In this document: positions 1 to 5,767 of the stretch, piece after piece
How the letters are laid out: each line of letters opens with the position of its first letter
Numbering within the stretch: the stretch's first letter is position 1
NCBI GenBank assembly: GCA_965649265.1
Contig: CBFGKC010000025.1
Coordinates: 1-21,284, forward strand
DNA: 21,284 bases
Direction of reading: 5' to 3'
From: a candidate division WOR-3 bacterium
GTDB lineage: Bacteria; Hydrothermota; Tepidihabitantia; B3-TA06
Position numbers and translations under genes: made by a program
Notes under the pieces: generated by a model
Seen by the model: the letters and a program-made list of their open reading frames with translations, nothing else
What the model was told of the DNA's origin: nothing
Databases searched by the model: none

Positions 1-39
1 TCCGTTCGTGAGAACGGCGTGATTCTCTTGGGGTAAAAA

Positions 40-162
40 AAGTGGGACAAAAGCTGGTCAGAAGATGGACAAAATAATCTGTAGAGTGAAGTCAGGTTTA
101 ACGAACTACGTCAAAAATGTGGATAACTAAGTGGGACAAAAGATGGTCAAAAGATGGACAAA
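40..162. repeat. Two 34-bp direct repeats (40-73 and 129-162), each built from three ~11-12-bp subunits (AAGATGGACAA-like)
   Basis: aagtgggacaaaagctggtcagaagatggacaaa vs aagtgggacaaaagatggtcaaaagatggacaaa: 32/34 identical, starts 89 bp apart. Confidence 0.9.
118..126 (-). promoter_or_regulatory. Perfect DnaA-box consensus (TTATCCACA on minus strand)
   Basis: TGTGGATAA at 118-126, between the two 34-bp repeats; it is a single box, so function is unproven. Confidence 0.4.
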
Positions 163-375
163 TCGGCAAATTTGCCTTCCAAAATGACCAAATTATAGGG
201 ACAAATTTAAAAAACGCCGGAAGAAATCCACTCGAAAAAAATCCCCGCATCCGGAATTCGCCCGTGAATTTTGTGAATCACGAAAACCATTACCGACAAA
301 TTGACGATTTCACTGCGACACGAATTGATAATATCTCAGGAACATTCTTCCTGGATGTGTATCGGGGTGAAGGTA

Positions 376-936
376 TTATTCCTTAATGAAGCCTATGCGC
401 TTTTTTTTAGCCGTCATTTTAACGAAGTGGTTTAGACTCCTTTCAAACATCTCCTTGCCGTGCCTTTTTCGGCTCTCGATATACGCAATGCGGATTCGCT
501 TATAGCTCTCGGGAAAGCGCTGGAAGTTTCTCCACGCCTCCTTGTCCGACTGGAGCGGGCCGAGAATATCCGGTGGAACAACGAATTCATCCTCGGTCTC
601 GTAAGCGTGCGCTACGGCAGCAAGTCCTGCCGCGGTCATTTTTTTCAGTTCCACGAGTTTGCGGATACGCTCCCTGTTTGCCTGCGAAAGGTTGCTTCCG
701 GGTTTTCTCGGGGAGAATCTCTGAGCGAATCTTTCCTCGTCAACGCGTTTTACGATGCTGTCAATCCAGCCGAAACAAAGCGCCTCGTCCACCGCGTCGT
801 TGTAGGATATGCGAGGCTTGCCGGTCTCCTTACGGTAGAAAACCAGCCATATCTCAGGCTCGGTCCGGTGATATTTTTTTAGCCAGGCCCGCCACTCGCC
901 CGGGGTCTTGGCGTAAAAGGTTTTTCCCAGCTTCAT
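376..936 (-). CDS. YdeI/OmpD-associated (OmdA, bacteriocin-protection) family protein
   Basis: Motifs EWRAWL..H, IWLVFYRK, YNDAVDEALCFGWIDS, RFSPRK..S, MTAAG and C-terminal VPPD..AW.NF...PESYKR typical of the YdeI family. Confidence 0.9.
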   Translation of the reverse strand: MKLGKTFYAKTPGEWRAWLKKYHRTEPEIWLVFYRKETGKPRISYNDAVDEALCFGWIDSIVKRVDEERFAQRFSPRKPGSNLSQANRERIRKLVELKKMTAAGLAAVAHAYETEDEFVVPPDILGPLQSDKEAWRNFQRFPESYKRIRIAYIESRKRHGKEMFERSLNHFVKMTAKKKRIGFIKE

Positions 937-975
937 TGAGGGATGTCGTGGTGCAATTTTGTGTCCATAGACCTT

Positions 976-1003
976 ATGATATTTGAAGGGTGTTTGATGT
1001 CAA
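976..1003 (-). promoter_or_regulatory. Putative sigma70 promoter for the YdeI-family gene
   Basis: Minus strand TTGACA (1003-998) - 16 nt - TATCAT (981-976), 40 nt upstream of the ATG at 936. Confidence 0.55.
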
Positions 1004-1046
1004 ATGAGTTTTTTCATCTACTCAGCCAGCAGAAAGTATTCCCTTA

Positions 1047-1337
1047 CTACATAACCGCTATTTCATCCCACAAATCCTTCCACTCCGGATTGGTGCCGTT
1101 GACCAACTCAATCTTCTTTCTCCTTACCATGCCTTTAATCTGCTTTTCTCTTTCGATTGCGCTTTGCGGATTAGACGCAACTTCATAATAGACAAGTTTA
1201 TCAATGTTATATCTCTTTGTAAATCCCTTCGCCAGCTTATTCTTGTGTTCGTATACCCTGCGAACGAGATCATTTGTCACCCCGGTGTAAAGGACGGTGT
1301 TATTCTTATTGGTAAGGATGTAAATGTAATAGTTCAC
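1047..1337 (-). CDS. Small stand-alone GIY-YIG nuclease superfamily protein (96 aa)
   Basis: YYIYIL...VLYTGVTNDLVRRVYEHK...GFTKRYNIDKLVYYE...AIEREKQIK...NPEWKDL; GTG start with AAGGGG SD; catalytic-type Tyr/Arg/His/Glu/Asn present. Confidence 0.92.
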   Translation of the reverse strand: MNYYIYILTNKNNTVLYTGVTNDLVRRVYEHKNKLAKGFTKRYNIDKLVYYEVASNPQSAIEREKQIKGMVRRKKIELVNGTNPEWKDLWDEIAVM

Positions 1338-1375
1338 TGATTTCCCCTTATGATCATTGAACGTCTTTTAAACTT

Positions 1376-1480
1376 TGAGATTCTCACGGATGCCTTCGGC
1401 ATCCTCAGAATGACAGCCTTGATTCGTACTTGTCACCCTGAGGACTGTAGGCCAAAGGCCGAAAGGACGTGAGGGTCTCA
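1376..1480. repeat. Pair of inverted palindromic REP-like repeat units (1376-1415 and 1431-1480) separated by a 15-nt spacer
   Basis: Reverse complement of unit A is TGTCATTCTGAGGA-TGCCGAAGGCATC-CGTGAGAATCTCA; unit B is TGTCACCCTGAGGA-CTGTAGGCCAAAGGCCGAAAGGA-CGTGAGGGTCTCA. Arms are shared and each unit has its own internal hairpin. Confidence 0.85.
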
Positions 1481-1590
1481 CTTTTGAACCGCTGCGCTTA
1501 ATATATTGCTTTCGTATCCTTTTGACTTCAAAATAGCCATACTCTCTTACGCGCAATTAAGATCAAAACGCAACTAAGGAGGAGGGCGGG

Positions 1591-1974
1591 TTAAGACTCT
1601 TTGACGATCTCTATCGACCGGATGACGTAGTCCTTGCCCTCCACGATTTCGAGGCCGCCTTGCCCGCATTTCGGGCAGGCGAACACGGGCAGGGACGTGT
1701 GGAGGAGGGGGTCGTCCTTGACTTCGAGGGGTCCCTCGTACCCGCAGCTCTTGCAGCGCGCTTTCGCGGGAACGGTCTTCCAATCGATTTCGGCGTCGCG
1801 CGCCTCGGAATCCTTGAAGAGTTCCCTGAGCCAGAACGTAACCTGATCGGGGTTGAGAAATGTCAGTTCGCCGATTTCGAGTGAGATTTTTTCGACTTTA
1901 GTGGCTCGCTGCTGCCTTGCACTGCGGAGAACGGTGACCGCAATCGACTCGGCCACCGACATCTCGTGCGACAT
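1591..1974 (-). CDS. hypA: Hydrogenase maturation nickel metallochaperone HypA
   Basis: N-terminal (M)SHEMSVAESI, LEIGELT, two CxxC motifs (CKSC, CPKC), C-terminal IVEGKDYVIRSIEI; TGATG overlap with hypB. Confidence 0.93.
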   Translation of the reverse strand: MSHEMSVAESIAVTVLRSARQQRATKVEKISLEIGELTFLNPDQVTFWLRELFKDSEARDAEIDWKTVPAKARCKSCGYEGPLEVKDDPLLHTSLPVFACPKCGQGGLEIVEGKDYVIRSIEIVKES

Positions 1975-2633
1975 CAGAGACCGAGTGCCGAGACGAGTTC
2001 GGGGATTCCGAGTCCGGTTCGCGCGGATGTGACGACGACGGTCGTGTCCGGATTCACGCCGTGGATGTCGTTCTTAAGATCATCGATCGAGACCCCCATT
2101 GCTTCGGCCATGTCGCTCTTGTTGATGACGGCGACCTGGGCCTCGGCGAATATGTAGGGATGCTTCTTGACCATGTACGGCCCCTCGGTGACGGAGACGA
2201 CGACCACGCGCATGTCGGTGCCTAAAGGAAAGTCGCCCGGGCACACCAGGTTGCCTACGTTCTCGATGAGGAGGAGGTCGGTTTCGGGCGGGATGTCCTC
2301 GATTGCGTGGCTGACTATGTGAGCGTCGAGATGGCACTCCTTGCCTGTGTTGATCTGGAAGGTCTCAACGCCGTGCGAGGCGATGCGGTCGGCGTCGATG
2401 GTCGTGACTAGGTCGCCCGCAAGAACGGTGATGTGGTAGCGGTCACGCAGTAATTCGGAGAGTTTCTCGAGGATGGTGGTTTTTCCCGCTCCGACCGACC
2501 CCATGAAGTCGAAGGAGCGAACGCCGCGTGATTCGAGATTCTTGTGGGTTGCTTCCGCGAGCGCGCGGTTGTGGGCCAGGAGGCTCTCCTCGCCGGAAAG
2601 GTCTACCCCCAGGGGCTTATGAGTCTTGTGCAT
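1974..2633 (-). CDS. hypB: Hydrogenase nickel incorporation GTPase HypB
   Basis: Walker A GSVGAGKTT, GD...DA.RI, INTGKECHLDA, IENVGNLVCP, SVTEG, INKSD; AAGGAG SD. Confidence 0.95.
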   Translation of the reverse strand: MHKTHKPLGVDLSGEESLLAHNRALAEATHKNLESRGVRSFDFMGSVGAGKTTILEKLSELLRDRYHITVLAGDLVTTIDADRIASHGVETFQINTGKECHLDAHIVSHAIEDIPPETDLLLIENVGNLVCPGDFPLGTDMRVVVVSVTEGPYMVKKHPYIFAEAQVAVINKSDMAEAMGVSIDDLKNDIHGVNPDTTVVVTSARTGLGIPELVSALGL

Positions 2634-2674
2634 CTTACTCCTTTAGACCGATCAGGACGGCGATCATGAATTAA

Positions 2675-3169
2675 TCAAGGTATCGACGGTATCTTGAGGG
2701 TATCTCCGCACTTGACACCCTTTTGGGGAAACCAGCCGGAGTCCATCTCGATCGCGTACGTGTAAGGTTCGAAGGGCATGTGCACGGTGACGGTGTCGTA
2801 GGGCCGCATCTCGTCGAGTCCCACTATTCTGCCTTGCGAGTTTATGAACGCGATTGAGAGCGGTATGCGGGTGTTTTTCATCCAGAAGGAATACATCCCC
2901 TCCCGAGGGAAGATGAAGAGCATTCCCGAGTTTTTGGCAAGCGAGTCGCGAAACATGAGACCGCGGCTGAGGGTTTCGCGCTCCTTTGCGACCTCGAGCG
3001 TGACCGTGGTGCCGGATATGCTCATTTTGATGGTGTCGCGGATCACGGATGCTTTTGAAGAGACGCCGGGCGCAGATTCGGTTTTCGGATTCCGGTCACC
3101 GGACTTGCACGCAAGATTACCCGCAAGCAGCATTATAGCCGCAGCCGCGCCCGCCCAAACCACCCTCAT
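2675..3169 (-). CDS. DUF192-domain protein, probable lipoprotein
   Basis: LEVA....RGLMFRDSL...GMLFIF....FWMKNTRIPLSIAFI...G.I...M.P, YAIEM; hydrophobic leader ending NLAC (lipobox-like). Start moved from the ORF-track 3292 to ATG 3169 to avoid overlap with the upstream gene. Confidence 0.88.
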   Translation of the reverse strand: MRVVWAGAAAAIMLLAGNLACKSGDRNPKTESAPGVSSKASVIRDTIKMSISGTTVTLEVAKERETLSRGLMFRDSLAKNSGMLFIFPREGMYSFWMKNTRIPLSIAFINSQGRIVGLDEMRPYDTVTVHMPFEPYTYAIEMDSGWFPQKGVKCGDTLKIPSIP

Positions 3170-3206
3170 CACAAGGATCCGCCTTAAATTCCTTCTGATG
3201 CCGATA

Positions 3207-3557
3207 TCAATCCCAGTATATGAACCTGCCGCAGTTGGGGCAGTTATTGATTGTGTCGGTGTGACCTGAAAGCTGCGTCGGGATCTTGGCAAAGCAGCCG
3301 CCGCAAAAGTCGTGCACGACGGGAACGACGGCCCAGTCCTTGTACCTGGTTATGATGCGCTGGTACATCTGGTAGATGGACGGGTTAAGACGCTCAAGCA
3401 GCTTTTCACGCTGTTTCAAGAGCATCGCGACCGGGTCCTCGACGTTCGTCTTGAAGCCTATCTTCTGGAATTCGGTTCTGATTTCCGTGTTTCGCCAGTC
3501 CTTTATCATGTAATCGAGGTGCTGCAGTTCGAGAAGGGTCTTGAGTTCTTCAGACAT
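3207..3557 (-). CDS. Short C4-type zinc-ribbon protein (zf-RING_7 / CT398-HP0958-like, lacking most of the coiled coil)
   Basis: LLELQHLD N-terminus; Y.RI....AVVPV...CGGCF..IP...CPNCGRFIY C-terminus; TGATG overlap with the PTS IIA gene. Confidence 0.8.
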   Translation of the reverse strand: MSEELKTLLELQHLDYMIKDWRNTEIRTEFQKIGFKTNVEDPVAMLLKQREKLLERLNPSIYQMYQRIITRYKDWAVVPVVHDFCGGCFAKIPTQLSGHTDTINNCPNCGRFIYWD

Positions 3558-4012
3558 CAAAGCGTCCCTTCTATTTCCTCGACCAGCTTGATGAACTCCT
3601 CGGGCGTCTCGGGTTTCTCGTACAGTTTTTTCTTGAGCAGCTCCTGGCAGACGACCGCCACCCTGCCGAGCGTGATCAGATACTGGTTGCCCGGATCTTG
3701 CGGGGGAGCGACTATCAGGAAGAACAGGTTGACCGGTTTCTTGTCTATGGCGTTGAATTCGACCCCGGCATTGGATCTGGCCACGACTATCTCGAGGTTT
3801 TCCACGACCAGTGAGCGGCCGTGAGGAATGGCCACACCCTTTCCGATTCCGGTAGAGCCGAGTTCCTCGCGTTTGAGAAGGGTCGAAACAAGAAGGTCGG
3901 AGTCTTTTTCCTTGTGGATTAAATCCACCAGTTCGCGCAACGCGTCCGATTTTTTTCGCGCTGCCATATTAAGATTTATACGGTCCGGTTTAAGCAAGCT
4001 AAAGAGCTTCAC
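3557..4012 (-). CDS. PTS EIIA type-2 (PtsN/fructose-like) domain protein
   Basis: LLKREELGSTGIGKGVAIPHGR with the phospho-His, GVEFNAIDKKPVNLFFLIVAP; GTG start with AGGAGG SD. Confidence 0.92.
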   Translation of the reverse strand: MKLFSLLKPDRINLNMAARKKSDALRELVDLIHKEKDSDLLVSTLLKREELGSTGIGKGVAIPHGRSLVVENLEIVVARSNAGVEFNAIDKKPVNLFFLIVAPPQDPGNQYLITLGRVAVVCQELLKKKLYEKPETPEEFIKLVEEIEGTL

Positions 4013-4038
4013 AAAGCCTCCTTTGCACCGTCCAATAT

Positions 4039-4066
4039 AAGATAAACCATTTTTTCATAATGTCAA
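4039..4066 (-). promoter_or_regulatory. Possible internal sigma70 promoter for the PTS IIA-to-hypA unit
   Basis: Minus strand TTGACA (4066-4061, overlapping the rsfS stop) - 16 nt - TATCTT (4044-4039), in an AT-rich gap. Confidence 0.4.
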
Positions 4067-4416
4067 GTCCTTTTTTGCGAAACATCCAGTCTCTTTGCAT
4101 CTCCCCAGAGCTGTTCAATACTGTAAAACTCTCTGGTATCAGGAAGAAAGAGATGAACAATGACCTCCACGAAATCCATAAGAACCCAGTCGCCTCCCTC
4201 CAGACCTTCAAGATGATGCAGTGTCCAGTCCGTCCTGGTTTTCTCCCGCAGGTCCTGGGCCAGAGCCCTTGCATGCACGGTGGACGTGGCGGTTGCGAAA
4301 ACGAAGAACTCCGTGACGCTCGAAAGCTTGCGGACATCCAGTATTTTTATATCCTCAGCTTTTTTAGCCGAAAGCGTTCGCGCTATCTTTCTTGCGAGAG
4401 CAGATGCCTGTTTCAT
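4063..4416 (-). CDS. rsfS: Ribosome silencing factor RsfS (Iojap/YbeB)
   Basis: KKAEDIKILDV, FFVFATATS..H..ALA, EG....WVLMDF..VIVHLF....REFYSIEQLW. Confidence 0.95.
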   Translation of the reverse strand: MKQASALARKIARTLSAKKAEDIKILDVRKLSSVTEFFVFATATSTVHARALAQDLREKTRTDWTLHHLEGLEGGDWVLMDFVEVIVHLFLPDTREFYSIEQLWGDAKRLDVSQKRT

Positions 4417-4835
4417 TGTATTGTTTCCACCGTATCGGGAAGATAAGCCTTGTAGTCCTTGCCGATGATGAGGGTAACGTAGACGGGAGAAAGAGAGTCC
4501 AGCGACTGGGTAATGGAGTTTTTCCCGAGCCCCAGGGATCGAGCCACAATCCGCGCATTCAGGTTGTCCGGACTGCGCCTCTCGATGACGATGGTTCGCG
4601 AAAACTTCTCTTTCGAGTCGCCCACGGAAAGAACGTCGTAACCCCGCTCCCTGAGATAAACCATGGCTCGTCTGGCTATGCCCGGAACCCCGCAGCCGTT
4701 AAGGATCTCCATTCTTATGGCAACCTGCGGGTTTTCTTGTGGTTTAACCTTGTCCTTTGTCAGGAAATAATATCCGATTGACACCGCAGCACCGGCGAGG
4801 ACGATAATCAGTATCAGGAGGAATATTTTCTTGAT
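4413..4835 (-). CDS. Membrane-anchored LytR C-terminal domain (LytR_C) protein; start uncertain
   Basis: MEILNGCGVPGIA......L...GYDV..VGD and VTLIIGKDY match LytR_C. The hydrophobic anchor KKIFLLILIIVLAGAAVSIGYYF extends in frame upstream of GTG 4784; ATC at 4835 is given as a tentative start. Confidence 0.8.
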   Translation of the reverse strand: MKKIFLLILIIVLAGAAVSIGYYFLTKDKVKPQENPQVAIRMEILNGCGVPGIARRAMVYLRERGYDVLSVGDSKEKFSRTIVIERRSPDNLNARIVARSLGLGKNSITQSLDSLSPVYVTLIIGKDYKAYLPDTVETIQ

Positions 4836-5767
4836 CTTGACCCCTTTATGCAGTTCGAGCCTTCGACAACCGTATCCTCCATTTGGACGTAGGGACCTAT
4901 TGAAGATGCGATGCCTATGCTTGTTGTTCCTTTGAGGGCAACGCTGCCTGTCAGTCGCGCTCCCGGGGATACCTTGATATTTCCTTCAATTGACACCTGC
5001 TGCGAATTTTCTACACCCACTCCCATACGCATCCATTCATCGAGAATCCTCTCTTTAAGGATGTTTTCAAGCGCCTTGAGAGCAGCTTGATCGTTAATAC
5101 CCATCACCTCTGTCCTGTCATCGATTTTCAGGGCTTCTACCCTTCTTCCCGAGGCAACCATCATCGCGACAACGTCGGTCAAGTAGTATTCTCCGGTTGT
5201 CTGGCTTGGTTGAACCTTGTCGAGCATCTCAAAAAGCAACTCGGTCTCGAACACGTATGTTCCCGAGTTCATTTCCCTGACTGCCTTCTCGGAAGCCGTC
5301 GCGTCCTTGTGCTCGACTATCTTCATTACGGTTCCGTCACTGTTGCGGATAACCCTTCCGTAGCCGGTAGGGTCCGGAAGCTCGGTTGTAAGGAGAGTGG
5401 CCGCAGCACCTCTTGACTGGTGTAAAGCTATCATCGAAGAAAGCGTTTGAGGCCTGATAAGGGGCACGTCGCCGCAAAGAACGATCATCCTTCGGGTGGA
5501 GACTTCGGCCCGGCAGAGTTTTACCGCATCGGCGGTCCCTTTCGCTTCGGGCTGGATAACGTACTTCTTGGTCTCGTTTCCGAGCGCGCTTCGTATGGGT
5601 TCTTCGCCATCTGGACTGACCACGACGATCACTTCCTCGGGAGAGAAATGCTCGATGGAGTCGAGAATATAGCAAATTATGGGCTTTCCCAGAAGGTGGT
5701 GCAATACCTTCTGCATACTCGAACCCATCCTCTTCCCTTTCCCTGCCGCGAGTATTACTGCCGTCAA
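4814..5767 (-). CDS. glmU: GlmU-like sugar-phosphate nucleotidyltransferase (uridylyltransferase domain plus a short beta-helix stub)
   Basis: ILAAGKGKRM...KVLH, Q...GTADAV, GDVPLI, DPTGYGRVIR, IVEHKDA, EMNSGTY, GEYYLTD, MGIND; 317 aa; TTG start overlapping the panD stop. Confidence 0.85.
   Translation of the reverse strand: MTAVILAAGKGKRMGSSMQKVLHHLLGKPIICYILDSIEHFSPEEVIVVVSPDGEEPIRSALGNETKKYVIQPEAKGTADAVKLCRAEVSTRRMIVLCGDVPLIRPQTLSSMIALHQSRGAAATLLTTELPDPTGYGRVIRNSDGTVMKIVEHKDATASEKAVREMNSGTYVFETELLFEMLDKVQPSQTTGEYYLTDVVAMMVASGRRVEALKIDDRTEVMGINDQAALKALENILKERILDEWMRMGVGVENSQQVSIEGNIKVSPGARLTGSVALKGTTSIGIASSIGPYVQMEDTVVEGSNCIKGSRSRKYSS

Noticed and set aside
2-17. Hairpin CCGTTC-GTGA-GAACGG at the window edge
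   Set aside because: A real 6-bp stem, but truncated context and no U-tract mean it cannot be assigned as terminator or RNA gene
40-162. CRISPR array or MraZ-box interpretation of the 34-bp repeats
   Set aside because: Only two copies, internally periodic, 55-nt gap and no cas genes; subunit period is 11-12 rather than the 10 typical of MraZ sites, and mraZ is not visible
117-386. 89-aa plus-strand ORF
   Set aside because: Runs through the repeat array, has no recognisable motif or clear SD, and is probably non-coding
1047-1337. GIY-YIG as an intron homing endonuclease, UvrC fragment or IS transposase
   Set aside because: No interrupted host gene or intron core, complete single-domain ORF with its own SD, and no transposase motifs or target-site duplication found
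1437-1466. Hammerhead-ribozyme resemblance (CTGAGGA ... GGCCAAAGGCCGAAA)
   Set aside because: Five extra bases separate CUGANGA from stem II, and stems I and III cannot be formed convincingly around a cleavage triplet; an Infernal search against hammerhead models would settle it
1368-1556. 62-aa minus-strand ORF across the palindromic repeats
   Set aside because: Translation of repeat DNA (CHSEDAEGIRENL) with no independent coding evidence
1552-1578. Direct repeat CGCAATTAAG / CGCAACTAAG
   Set aside because: Only 9/10 over two copies; could be chance
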